A program made the position numbers and the translations under genes. From Podarcis melisellensis (lineage: Eukaryota), in assembly GCA_964234715.1 (NCBI GenBank), contig OZ174280.1: 64,000 bases of DNA, one strand, 5' to 3'. Below are positions 1 to 12,591 of this stretch, piece after piece; position 1 is the stretch's first letter, and the number at the start of each line of letters is the position of its first letter. The notes under the pieces were generated by a model, which saw only the letters and a program-made list of their open reading frames with translations, ran no database searches and was not told the DNA's origin.

Positions 1-217
1 ATTGCTAAAATGTGTCCTTGAACTCATGCTTGTCTGGATTGGGGATAGAGAGGAGAAAGTGAGGGAGTTTAGAAACTAAACTTCCGCACGTTGGTAAAAT
101 GTACATTTGTTCCTTCACTCACTTTTGTCTCTGATCCTGCCTACCACTGGCATGTGGCCCCCCGAAGGTTTCCCAGAAGGGATGCGGCCCTCAGGCTGAA
201 AAAGGTTCTCACCCTTG
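1..217. mobile_element. Right-hand end of a degenerate hAT-type non-autonomous DNA transposon (left end outside the window)
   Basis: Ends in gcggccctcaggctgaaaaaggttctcacccttg, resembling the aaaaggtt...cccctg terminus of the hAT-like element at 8118-8594. Confidence 0.45.
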
Positions 218-3200
218 CACCAGGGTCTTTTGCAGCACCCGATGTGCTGTTACATGGAGCATGAAGCACTGGAGAGCGCCACCCTTCCCTCTCCTTGCAG
301 CTGGAATACTTCCTGTTGGCCAAAGAAATAAGTAGATTTAAAGGGGAAGTGGGTGACTGGATTGTACAGAGGAATGGGTTGGAAGGAATAAACTGAGAAT
401 TCTTTAGCTTGGATTCTAGTCTGAGTTTGAGAATAATTCAAGTCTCCTAAGGCTCACTTCTTTGGTCAGATTCAAACCCTCCAAAACTTCTATCCATAGG
501 AGTTCCAGAGCTATGGATTTCACTGACGTCTCTACTCCTGGAGACCACTACTGTAATCATAATTTCTGTGGGGTCTAATGTCGCTCTGTGCATGTTCCAC
601 AGTACTTACTGAAGTTGATTGTATTGAGAGCATTTAGGGTTTAGATGGACTATGGCCAGAGTAGAGAGGTTCAAGCAGTCGGTTGAGAATGCAAACAAGT
701 GCACAGGATTTAAAAATAGAGTAGACTGTATGACGCTGCTAGTGGCAAGTGGCATTCCACTCCCAACCCACGTTTTGTGGACTTGAGGTGTATTCTACTC
801 TTATTCTATTGTTATTTTCAGGCATTGTACATTCCATAATTGTATTGCTCAAAGTACAAGAGTCTTCATGTATTTTTGCAATGCTGCCTATCAGTCCACC
901 TCCCCTACAGCAATACCTTTACATTTTGTGGATCTTTTGATATGATTTCATTTATTCAAAGGAATTCCCTTTCAAAAGGTTTTAATTGTCTGGAAATGCC
1001 CTTCACCTTTGAATTTTCCTCCCTCTCCCCCAAACACATTGAACCCCTGGTGTTCAGGTATCTTTTCGATCCCATTTTCCCCCCTCAGTTATTTCAAAGT
1101 TTCAACAATGCTGTTAACTTTAATTTGTAGAGTTGCTCCCTGCAAGTGAAAAATCGATGGGGGGCTATCACAGTGTGAAATTCGACTGTCAGTCTTGAGC
1201 TTATGGAGTGAGTAAGACATCTTAGAAGGGGGGAAAATCACAGTCTGTGCAGTGCTCAGCTGGGCTATTTCAAAGAGAAGGCAAGGCTGATGGGCCGTTG
1301 GAGAGTATTTCAGTTAGATGGATGATGATTCTCTGTGAAATACTGGAGTTAGCCTACAGGTAAGGGAAACCAGAGGTTAGAAAATACAACTAGTTTCCCC
1401 TGAAGAACTAAATTACACCTTGGGAACCTTGAGCTGTGTCATACAGGAACTAAAACCTGTCCCTAAAATCGGTCATTGCCTCTAAACAACAACCAGTAAC
1501 AAATTAGTCATCATAACTTGCAGTGTTTCAGTTTTGCTCCCTTGTAAAGTTTATAATAAGCTCTTTGGGGCAAGTATTCCATCAAGTGTATACAGCACCT
1601 AAAGATGATTTGTATGCTTCAATATAGGATTTGTGTGTTGTACATGACCACAGCGTAACTTAAGATGATGGACTCAATTCTGAATCTTGGCCATATAAGT
1701 TGCTGTTTCCTGTGACAGCCTTCAATGCCAGTACAGGGGCAGATTGCATATCTGACAGCAGAAAGTGGTACCCAAGAGACAGAATGAACAGTATAAAAAA
1801 GAAGCTCTGAGCTGCCTGAATCACATGTGCTTTCCTTGCATTGTATGATATCTATTCTTATATCCTGGCTCAGAAGTCTGCAGAACTCTGCTCCCTTCTA
1901 GCACAGCAGTTTAAACCTGGGGGTGAGAACACTTTCCCCAAAAGTGAGTGGGCAGGGCCAGAAGCAAAAGTGGGCAGAGTAATAGCTGCATCTCTTACTT
2001 TTGTACAGTAGGCGACATTCCTACTGCATGGAAGTCTGAGGTTTCTATACACACCACAGACACCCCTCTATCCAGGTAAGCAAGCAAGAGCACATTCCAC
2101 CCAGGCAGAAGCACTCAAGGAGGGTGAGAGCACAGCTGGTAAGGGATGTGGCCTTGGGGGAAACTCCTGAGAGCCGGGTAAATATGCCTGGAGGGCTACA
2201 TTTGGCCCTTGGGACTGAGGTTCCACCTGATTTAAGCAGGGGTTTGTCCAAACAGGTGAGGATCAGAAACTAAGATTTTATCTTGGCTTGTTTGGGCAAA
2301 TAGTAACAGTTTGGATAAAAAGGAAGTCGAGGCTTCCAAATTGCTCCTTGCAGTCATGCCAGAAAAGGAATGTGGGGAAGGGGGAACTCATAAACCTGAG
2401 GCTTGTTCACATACCACTAACCTATGATTTAGTTAATGTTACAGTTTTACTATATTTTGCCCCCCTCCTGTTAAAAGGCAGCTTCCTAAGGGCTAGAAGT
2501 GTGCTGTTTTTTGCAGAAATCTCAAATTTTCAGGACATTGTAATCTGCACCATTCATCTCTGCCTTGCACATCCAACTATAGCTTGGTATAAGGTGGTTA
2601 CTGGAGTTTTGCTCAAATGTTCTCCCTTTCAGTGGTTCATATTTGAGAATAATAAGAGCATAAAAGCTAGGGCTTTGAGACCCCACAAGCTTCACCTTAA
2701 TAGAAAGGCTTTTGTTGATTATCTGGGTGTTGTCTGTTTCCATGCACAACTCTCAACATAGCAATAATACAGCAGCCTGGTGGCAGCCTTCCTTCTTCCT
2801 GAGAGGTGGCTGTCAGGAGAGCAAGTTGATGTCCTTTCTGATATGGGTCTTTGTGCAAAAAAATTAAGCCGGTGTGCAGGATTTAGATGCATTTCCTCAA
2901 AGTAGTACTTCTCTTGTTGGGAAATTGCATTTCTTCATCATTCAATGAAAATATGCAGTCGTTTTTTCTGCACCGCTAGTGCTTCAAATATAAAATACCC
3001 TTGATAATTGCTGATGGTGAACAGCACAAGTCCTTATCCTTCATTCCTGTTATTTTGTGGCCTTTTTTCTTTAGATTTTAATTTACTAGAGAACAAATGT
3101 TCCCATCGTGTAGCACTGAAATGCAGAAGTTTATGTAAGAGTTCAATTGTTTTTCAAGGTGATAGACACGAGCAACACTGCCCTTTCCTCCTGAGGTAAT

Positions 3201-6200
3201 GCCTGCCCATTTTATGAACATTTTTACTTACATTTGTTCAGTTATTTAGTTCTGTGAATGATTTCAAGTTATTCAATGCATGTCTCTACCCTTCTTTTTT
3301 GTTTTGTTTTTAAAGTAGGGAAGAACACAATTACAGAGTTCCTATGAAGCAACACACACACAAAGTGGAACAGGCACTTCTGGTCACCAGCTGCTTATCA
3401 AATTTAGAGTTAGTTGTTTGCCAACTATCTTGTAGATGCATGATTGCCCAGATTATGCATAAGAACTTCAGTGCAAGCTTAGCCTTTCGGTACCCTCCTC
3501 CTGAAATAAATTAACAAAAATCCTTCTCGGTGGCTAACAGATCTCCACATCCCTGCTGATTCTTCTAATCGTGCTGACTCGGAAACTTCTTACTGCTTTC
3601 ATTGATTGTTGGTGCCATCTGTCTGCAGTTTGATGGGGCCAGGCACGTGAGTCCCGGAGGCAGAGAAGGCCGAGTGCCAACTCCCGAACTCACTCTCTGG
3701 TTCTGCAGAGACATTTTGGGCTCCATGTCAGTGAAGGGATGGGGGGGCGTGAAAACAGCATAATGAATTCTTCTGTAGGGAAAATCTTTGGGGAATCGTT
3801 ACCAGGTCCTAGCTAAATGTAGCTTAGAATGCCTTCTTGTGGCAGTAAGCTTCCCCTCCATGCCACTGTGATAGAGCATGCAAGTGTAAGAAGAATAATT
3901 CCTCTGCGGAGTAGAGCAACGCAACATGTTTGCTTTGCATGAAGATTAAATTAGTTAACAGAACTCCAAACTTGGCAAGCAGCTGGTGGCATTAACAAAT
4001 TGTGCAAGCAAGTATAAAATAGAGGCACTTGTGACGCAGAGGGCCTCTGCTTTGCAGACGCGCACCCTTGCATGCAACTTCTTCCAAATTTTCAGCTTAG
4101 AACATGGAAATTAGGCCACAGAACACTACATTATTCATAACTTGGCAACCAGGAGCTAGGGCATGTTGCCAAGCTAAGTCACCCACTGAAAGTACAGGTG
4201 AACAGCATTCTTAATATATTGTACTACAGGAATGCACAATTATCAAGATGGGAGGACACTCCTCTTGGAGAACAATATATTAGCATCCCTGCCAATTCCT
4301 CAATAGAGGCAGCATTCTTGCACAGAATTCCAAGTCAGCCTTTTTCAGAGAGGTTCATCTAAAAAGATACATAACTGAAGACATTTCAGGAAAGCCAGCT
4401 CCTTTATTGTAAGAAAATAATTGGGCATTTTGTCATTTCACCTCAATTCGATAATTTAGCTGTTAATCCACTTTCCCCCATTTGAATTAGACTGGAGTAA
4501 TCCACACCTATTTTAATTTATATGTAAGGAGAAATTTTAGTCTTTCTCATTCATACCAGTACGCATTCTCGTTTGTGTTTGCCACTGCCTTCCAGTTTGT
4601 TGATTCTGTTATTCCAGTTAAGTACCAAGAGGGCATGTGTGCACTTGCACCTTGTTTACTTGTTTTGTGGAAAACTGAGGGATTAAAAGAAAAAAATTTA
4701 ATATATATAAAAGCCTAAGTTGCTGAGTCACCCTAACATGCTGGGAAAGAAATTAAGGCAATTTTAAATTCTCAGCACACACTTTTCAGACTGCTTGTCA
4801 GTATAAATGATGTAGAAATGTTTAATGTACTTTGGTGGTGCAAGTAAAGGAGAAGTAGGTTCTTCTTGGTCTCCAAGTACCTGGTAATGCTGCTGCAGAC
4901 ACACCCTTTTGGGGTTGTTGATCACTCCAGAAAAAAGGGGAAATGGAGGTGTCCAGTTAATGGTTAAATCTTGGGATCACTTATGCCACTTATGAGTAGG
5001 CAGTGAGGATGTTTTGCTTCACTGAGTGGTCCTGGTGAAGATTTGACTTTGATCCCAGATAGAGGGAGGAGAGAAACAACCTGGAGCAGCCCAGCTTTTA
5101 AAAATTCTCCCCTCTCCTTTGAAGCGAGACATAAGAGCCCTTGTCACATTTCCCAGAGAGACACCTTAATTACCTATGTGCTTTTGAATACTTTTTGGGA
5201 AATACATGACTGCTTGGCTTGGCTTACATGAAATGATTGGGGCAAGTTGCCAATTTCCTTTGCATGGTGCAGTTTTCTGATTTTGTGCAAATCTGAGGGA
5301 TCAAAATGAAAAACCCAGGCACTTTTCAACACAAATAGTTACAAGCCCAGCCAGTAAAGAAATGAAAGTATTGCGGAGGAAGTAGGGTTGTGCCCCTGTG
5401 CACAGTTCTGGAGGTTCTCCTGAACCACCCTCCAGCCAATTTTTTATGGTGGGGGGATGAAGATACTGCACAAGCGGAAGCCCTTCTGTGACAGGGCTCC
5501 TTAGGTGGATCCTGCCGTGACTTTTTGTTGCAGCAGACTAACGATATTACTCCTCTGGAAATAGTTTTCACCAATTCTCCAGCAGGCATCTTTTCTAGCA
5601 CATTTGTCCTTGTGCATGCATAGCTGTCAGCTTTTCCATTTTCTTCCGAGGAATCCTATTCAGAATTTGCCTTAAAAAGGGGGGAAAGTTGACAGCTATG
5701 TGTGCATGTGATTCAGCTGTAGTGACATCTAGTAGTGTGTGTCAGTAGTTTACTAATTATTGCTACTACTACATTAATTTTGTATGCCACTTTCCCACAT
5801 AGATGTACTGTCCCTTAGTGTTGCATTATAGGTTGACTGATTTTTCTCTCACAGGTTTATGCCCCCACTTATTCTGGAAATGACAATCTATTGTGCATCT
5901 CTGCTCAAAAGCAGTTCATCGTCTCATAATTTTATTGTGAACAATACTTTCTTTTGGCGGAGGGTTGCTTTGGATGCTTATCTTTTATTTAACATAAAGT
6001 TCCAGGAAACAGTCCTGTATCTTAGCATCTATTTTTCGCCGGTAGAAAGAACAAGAGCCTGTGGGTTGTATGAGAAAACCTGAATTTTGTCTGAATTCTC
6101 AGACTCCTGAACACCAAAATAAATGACTGTGAAAAGAGCGAAAGGTCCAAGATTTCAGGTGTCGGAAGTAGCCTATGAAGTTTTATTGGTGTTGGATATA

Positions 6201-6391
6201 ATCAGTTCTAAATGTGTTTTACAAGGGACATATAAACAGCAGGGCTATAAAATTTATGGAATGTTATGTACAGTGTGACTATTTATGAAGAGGAAGGAAA
6301 TTTGTATTCTGTTGAAATAAACCGGAGAGGGAAGATGGGAAGGGAATTTTTTGAAGCAAAACTGGGAAGAAGACTACAACAATGAGACAGT

Positions 6392-6393
<2 letters not shown>

Positions 6394-6427
<34 letters not shown>
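6394..6427. repeat. (AC)n microsatellite
   Basis: Directly visible, about 17 units. Confidence 0.95.
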
Positions 6428-6431
<4 letters not shown>

Positions 6432-7734
6432 TCATATCAGACCCAGATAATAATTAGAGGGGCTCTGTGGTCATGGCCCTTTCTGAGTTGCTAGACCTGC
6501 AGATTTATGGAAGTAGCAAACCTTTCCCTTTTGGTTATTTTATGTTTTGTTTTTCTCCCAGTGGCACACCAAGGCAGAATAAGGTAAACAGCCTGTTGCG
6601 TCGTCCTTGGGAGTGGGGTGGAGATATTTTATCCTATGATTCTGCTCTAGTGCTTGACATTCCTCATTTGATTCAATTCCAACTTCTGGTGTGAGACAAT
6701 TCTCACAGGCTAAAAGTTTGATATATTTAGTTTGATAGGTTTTAAGTTTCCTTCCTTTCCATTTTGGTGTCTCTCTGTTTTGGGAGTCTTCAGTCTCCCC
6801 TCACCAAGCCCTGCCTATTTCTGCCCTCTCTTTTCCAACTTCTTCTGCCAGAGGCCCAGATTCCCTTCCAGGCAATCTTCCTGGGGTGTGTACAGTAGGC
6901 TAATTTCTACACAAACTCTCACAACTACCTCTGTCCTCCATCCAGTAAAGCAAGAGGCATAATCAGAGTTCATGGACGAATTCCAGCCAGCAGGGGTGGT
7001 GAGGGCTGTGGCCTAGAGAGGGTTCCCAGGCGGGGGGTTTCCCACCCCTGTAATAAAGGAATAAAACACTTCTGAATATGGTAAAAAAAAGCTGGCACCA
7101 ATACTTTGAATTCATAAACTGGCCATTCCTGCAGTGGTAATGAAGGGATAGTCTCTTTCTGAAGCCAGTTACTTATTCTGCCATGTTAAAGCCTGACTGA
7201 ACCTTCCATGCTGGAGCAGCTTTGTGGACTTTGGTGTGCTGGCTGAGCTGGAGTAGAGTTTGTACTTGTTCAGGCTTATTCTATGTCCCCTTCTCAGCTT
7301 TGTTAATAAATGTATATTTAACAATGTCTGGAGCATATGAAGTGATAATAACTAAATCAATACCTCCCTCATTGATTGTCCAGGATCCCTCCAGCGTGAC
7401 GCATGCGGCAATGCAGTAATTTTCCAGCTAACTAACACCCTGATCTACAGCCTCACTATTGATTGACCATTGTATTGGGCAGGCACTGAGTGTTGTTGCT
7501 TATGCCTCTATTCTGCCTCCTTCTCTGATTCATTCGTTTATCACTGGACAGGGATGATCATCTGAGAGACTTTCACAAACTGTCCAGCGAGGGGAAGCCC
7601 ATTAGACTCCTATAAACAAACCATTTCATGTCATTGCCTGCCTCTTCCTGACCAAGGTCTAATTCCTGTTGGTTGGTAGTGTGGTTTGTTATGATTGGAG
7701 TTGCTGCCCAACTCACCTGACTATCAGTTGCTCA

Positions 7735-7995
7735 TTTCTTTAGTGGCTCCCCACTTGTGGAATGCTCTCCACAGGGAGCCTGACCTGGCACCTTCATATC
7801 TTTAGGTGCCAAGCATGAACATTCCTCTTCTTCCAGACCTTTGGCTAATTAAATAATCTACAGCCTTTTAAACTGGGTGGAGGGGTAATTGTTTTTGTTT
7901 GTTACTATGGTATGTATTCTTGTGCTTTTATATGGTAAACCACCCTGTTATTCTCGGATGAAGCAGTATACAAGTATCATCACCATCACCAAATA
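7735..7995 (+). mobile_element. Old L2-type LINE 3' fragment
   Basis: gtggctccccacttgtggaatgctctcc resembles the VAPTLWNALP-coding 3' region of the L2 copies at 14020 and 19835; ends in a short simple-repeat tail. Confidence 0.55.
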
Positions 7996-8117
7996 ACATT
8001 GGTTTCAGACATCTTACTTAGATTGCTGGAGAGGTGAGCTAGCCTAAGCTATGTTATAGTATTGTTCCTGCTAGATGTCTTTGCTCTTGATACTTCAATT
8101 CATGGTTTAGCCTACCC

Positions 8118-8594
8118 CATGGGTCGGCAAACTAAGGCCTGTGGGCCAGATCAGGCCCAATTGTCTTCTAAATCCAGCCCGCGGATGGTCCAGGAATCGC
8201 TACGTGGGTTGCCAGCGTGTGTTCTTTCCCCTTCTCTCCCTCTCCCTCACATGGTGGTGGTGGCACCTCCTCCCTCCCTCCTGGCTTCTCCCCATCCTGC
8301 CTAGAGGAGGAAGGGGTCTGGGCTTTGTTGGTGGTAGCCCCTCTCCGGACCCCTTTCATGTGCCACTCATCTTCCTACCACCACTGCTCACAAGACACAG
8401 GAGTCGCAGTTGGCTGAACACCCCTCTCGAGCATCCACCATTTAATGCAGCCCCTCTCTGGAGTCCTTTCGTGTGCCGCTCATCGTCCCTCGTTCATTTC
8501 CCACCCCCACCCCCCCAAAAAATATAGTCTGGCCCCACACAAGGTCTGAGGGACAGTGGACCAGGCCCCTGCTGGAAAAGGTTGAGGACCCCTG
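8118..8594. mobile_element. hAT-superfamily non-autonomous DNA transposon (~477 bp)
   Basis: Termini CATGGGTCGGCAAAC ... GGTTGAGGACCCCTG; flanking 8-bp TSD gcctaccc / gcccaccc (1 mismatch). Confidence 0.75.
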
Positions 8595-9652
8595 GCCCAC
8601 CCTAGTCTGGTACTGAGAGCTACATTTGTTAAAGTAGCAAACAGAATGGAACAATTGGTATCTGCAACAAAATGTTGCAGTGTGGAGTGCTCCTGTTCAA
8701 GGTTCCAGCTTTCTAGCCAACCACACAATTTTCTAGGATACTCTGTTCTGCTTCTTCCATCTTCCCAACACCCCCACCCACTCACACAGTTGGTCAGCCA
8801 TGCCAGATGCACTGGTCATACACCATCATCATTGGGTTGTTCTTCCAAGGTTTCCACTTTGTTTCTCAGGTTTACGTTTTTCTCCCTCAGCAAACCTTGG
8901 GGTTTCCCAAGTCTTCTGATGCCTACCTCTACTGCCATTTTGTCTGCACTTTGAATCCACACATGGACTATGAGTTTTCTGTTAGTATCTAAGATAAGGA
9001 TCCTGTTTTGCTATAGAGGTTGGTTGGTTTCTCCTGGAGTCTGTGCCCAAGCCTTGCAGTTAGTTCCCACCAGAATGGGTATTTGTACTTCTTAGGCTGT
9101 GTACTCATGTAACAGAGTAATCTGTGGTTGCTTGGCTCTCTGTCATAACTTGATTTATAATATTCCCTGGTTGACAGGGCAGTGGCTGTTTTGAGCAGAG
9201 AGAAAATGAAATGCTAGACTAAAGAAACATAATTGTTTTGTGTGGCATAAATATCAATTTATCCGGTTTATTTCGTTTCCTTCATTCTAATTGCTATATT
9301 TGGGTTTGGATGCTTCTTGATCTCTGCAAGGTTTGCAGTTACTGATATAATATATTGGTTGCTTTTTTTATCCATTGTCAAAATGTGGCAGTGATTTTAA
9401 TGCTAATAGCCAAGTTGCGCAAATTAAAACTTGTTACAGCTACGTCCCTTTAGCTAGAACATTCCAGTGTTCAAGTTTCATGGGGGCATCTGGGATCTTG
9501 CTGCTTTCCCTCAGCTTTTTTTCTATTGCATGGGTATGTTGCAGCCGTTGCGCAAACACTACACTTTCAGATGTGCCCGTCCCCCTCATTTATGTTAATT
9601 TGGCATCATCTTGCTTGGTCCTCTTGGAAAAGGGACCAACACAATTTCAATA

Positions 9653-9818
9653 CAGTGGTACCTCGGGTTACAGACTCCGCTAACCCAGAAATAGTACCTT
9701 AGGTTAAGAATTTTGCTTCAGGATGAGAAGCGGCAGCAGGAGGCCCCATTAGCTAAAGTGGTACCTCAGGTTAAGAACAGTTTCAGGTTAAGAACGGACC
9801 TCCAGAACGAATTAGTTT
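9653..9818 (+). mobile_element. Tc1/mariner (Tigger/pogo-like) MITE, right-truncated
   Basis: TA + CAGTGGTACCTC left TIR; body closely similar to the copy at 32775-33005; right TIR missing. Confidence 0.85.
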
Positions 9819-10122
9819 GTGATCATGCATGCTCTCTCACCTCATCTGGAAATACTATATGGCATTGATACACTAGGACCGGGTTCGTGTATTCTGTACC
9901 CTGCTCCTTGACCTTTGTTCTTAAACCTGGTGGCTAAAGTTGATTCTCAAGCCTCAGGCAGTCTCTGCTGCTTTGATTCTATTTCTTGAGTTACTTTTAC
10001 CAGGAACCAACATGCAAGCTGCCATCATGTGGCTTTGCTCTACAACATTTGGCACATATGAAATCAGTGATTTTTTCCCCTCTTAAGAATTCAGCCAGCC
10101 CTGACTTTCTCATCTATTTTAG

Positions 10123-10231
10123 GATTACAGAAGACTCAGCAGTGACAACGTTTGAGGCGCTAAAGGCTCGTGTCCGCGAATTAGAAAGGCAGCTTTCCCG
10201 TGGGGACCGCTATAAATGTCTCATTTGCATG
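10123..10231 (+). CDS. RNF220: E3 ubiquitin ligase RNF220, third-from-last coding exon (ITEDSAVTTFEALKARVRELERQLSRGDRYKCLICM)
   Basis: Peptide recognised as the RNF220 C-terminal coiled region and RING start; ttttag acceptor, ATG|gtgagt donor; 109 nt = 1 nt + 36 codons. Confidence 0.97.
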
Positions 10232-10577
10232 GTGAGTAGCTTGCCAGTTGTGGTCATGAATAAGAAAATGACTCTGTACCTCTGCCTGCCCTATAGGAAG
10301 GTGGCACAACTGGTGTGGAGAAACTAAAACCTTGTCTTTTGTCCCTCGATTCTGGATGAAAACGGCACAGCTCGGGAATATGTTTCAATGTGTGCTGCTG
10401 TGGTGTGGGCGACATATTGGACCCTGCAGATCTCCGTGTCCATGTTCCTGTCTCCCTGCATATACTGTAGGGTTAGAATACGGCCTATTAGCCAAACTCT
10501 TTCAAAGTTGTTGATTGTCTACTACACCCTGATGAGGAGTGCCTTGGCTCTTATGATTCACTTACTAAAGTGCTGAA

Positions 10578-10591
10578 GCGCCCTCTAGTGG
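10578..10591 (-). promoter_or_regulatory. Consensus CTCF-binding motif
   Basis: Minus strand reads CCACTAGAGGGCGC, a full match to the CCASYAGRKGGCRS core. Motif only, no binding data. Confidence 0.6.
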
Positions 10592-10793
10592 CTTGGTGTC
10601 TGTAACTTTTTACATCTCTGGTTGCAGGGATGCTGGTATCTTTCCTTCAAATTGTGTCTCTATTTAAGCCCCTCCAAGCTCCCCTCCCCCCAAAAAAAGG
10701 AATAATGGTATCACTTGTCAGGTAGATACTGGTAAGTGTGCGTGTTTCTCCTGTTAAATTTTGAATATGATTCCCTTTTCGGCCCTTTTAAAG

Positions 10794-10909
10794 CAGGGAT
10801 GGGGAATTGGTAGCCTTCTATATGTTGCAGGACTGCAACCCATATCATCCTAAATTGGCTGGAGATGATGGGACTTGGAGTACAACACTTCAAAGGTTTG
10901 CCACCACTG
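10794..10909. mobile_element. Degenerate short hAT MITE (same core family as 27030 and 55660)
   Basis: CAGGGATGGGGAA ... TTTGCCACCACTG termini, gactgcaacccat / gatgatggga core, degenerate 8-bp TSD ttttaaag / ctctaaag. Confidence 0.6.
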
Positions 10910-11716
10910 CTCTAAAGGAGTACTGCTACTGGCACTGTAATTGCATAGTTTTAATATACTTTTGTGTCCCCCACCCCCAATAAAATAAAATAAATGTCAA
11001 AATTACTTGCAGATCATTTGGGATAGAAAGGATATGGATATTTTTAAAACTGTATTTTCTTAAAATAAGAAAAATGGAAAACTTGCTCTCCTCCTGTGCA
11101 GCAGTGACCTCCAATTCAGCTTACAATATTCACTGAAGAATGAACATTTCTCCTGTCCATACTATTTATTGGGAAAGGCTTTTCTTCCTGCAACAGCTTA
11201 TCTTTCCTTCCTCCTCATCCCCCTGCAATATTACATTTGTACAGTTGTCACACTATTGCTGCAGGAGCATCTGCATAGCATCTGCATAGCATCAAGGGGA
11301 AGGTTGCTTCCATTACTACAAAAATAAATAAAATAATAACAATTCTTGTACAAGTTCTTAGATTTAATGTTTTAGTTTTCTTTGGTTATGAAAACAACTG
11401 AAATAAACTGTGGGTGCTAGGAAAGAAACTCAAACGACAGAGTAACAGAGTGAAGTGCCTCTTTTCTGTTGTGAAAAGAATAATCATACAATAATTAGCT
11501 ATCATAAGAGATACTTGGCAAGTCTTACTGTAAAATCAGGATATTCAAAATAAGGATTGATGCTGTTTCGGGCAAGCAGCTGTCATAAACCTGTTGATTT
11601 TTATTCCATTGTTGTTCCCATTTGTGGAGCAAGAGGTGATTACTATAACAGCTTGTTTTGTTTCCATCTACAAGTAAACATTGTGCTACATTGCAGTTGG
11701 ATTATTAATAACAATA

Positions 11717-11924
11717 CAGTGGTACCCTCAGTTGCACACAGGATCCGTTCCGGAGCTCCGGTCGGATCCTGAGGTTTACACAACCGGAGGTGCATGCGTG
11801 TGGTGCGGTAGAGCACTTCTGCACATGCGCATGTGACGAAACCCAGAAAAATACTTCTGTGTTTGCCCCGTGAGTATTCCAAAAGATATGTAACCAGAGG
11901 TGCTCATAAGTAGAGGTACCACTG
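11717..11924. mobile_element. Tc1/mariner MITE (subfamily shared with 39387-39632)
   Basis: TA-CAGTGGTACC ... GGTACCACTG-TA: TIRs plus TA target-site duplication. Confidence 0.9.
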
Positions 11925-12516
11925 TACTGTTATTATTTCTTACACTTTCTTAGGTGAGGCCTTCTAAAAACAACCTTGAGGCAATTTGCAATATAAAATA
12001 CAAGCAATATAAAAATATAGAAGAATTAAAACAGAGACCACAGCAACCAACTAGTTGATATAAAATCTGAAAAGTCAAATGACCAGCAGAACGTAACAAT
12101 ATTAACAATCATATGCCTGGGTGAAGAGGAAACTTCCTAGCACCAGAAATATATTAAGTTACTGACAGACAGACCTTGATGGGTAGATGACATCAGGGTT
12201 CATTCTGGTATGCCTCTTTCAGAAAAGGCACAACTCTTTGAGGTTATGCTGCTTTCCATTTCATGCCTAGCCCACTGTGTAAGGAGTATGATTACTATTA
12301 TTATTAATTACCAGCCTAGTAATTAAAGCACAATATTTAAAAAGTTTGATCCCCCAGATGTAGTGTATTCTCAGCTGCATGTGGATCACATGAGAAAATG
12401 AAGATGTACTGGTACAGTATGTCCTCTACATCCTGCCCCAAGAGCTCAGGCTCTAATAGGGGATTTCTCAAAAATTTTGAGTATATGATGAGGCTGTCTC
12501 AATTTTCTTTCCACAG

Positions 12517-12591
12517 GATTCCTACACGATGCCCCTGACCTCCATCCAGTGCTGGCACGTGCACTGCGAGGAATGCTGGCTGCGGACTCTG
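12517..12591 (+). CDS. RNF220: RNF220 penultimate coding exon (DSYTMPLTSIQCWHVHCEECWLRTL), central RING
   Basis: tttccacag acceptor, CTG|gtgagg donor, 75 nt, phase 0/0; carries the C-x-H-x2-C-x2-C RING ligands. Confidence 0.97.

Noticed and set aside
2288-2761. 157-aa ORF and the many other 60-130 aa ORFs
   Set aside because: Many begin at non-ATG codons; none shows domain similarity or a splice-consistent exon chain; lengths are as expected by chance in six frames.
5722-5735. Second CTCF site (CTACTAGATGTCAC on the minus strand)
   Set aside because: Two mismatches at informative core positions.
1-10122. Further upstream canonical RNF220 coding exons
   Set aside because: No sequence encoding the expected preceding peptide (ending about TCKNSDIEK) with a phase-2 donor was found by eye; it presumably lies before the window.
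9653-11924. MITE pair flanking exon 10123-10231 as a circRNA driver
   Set aside because: Different subfamilies sharing only about 12 nt of TIR, too short for a stable cross-exon duplex.
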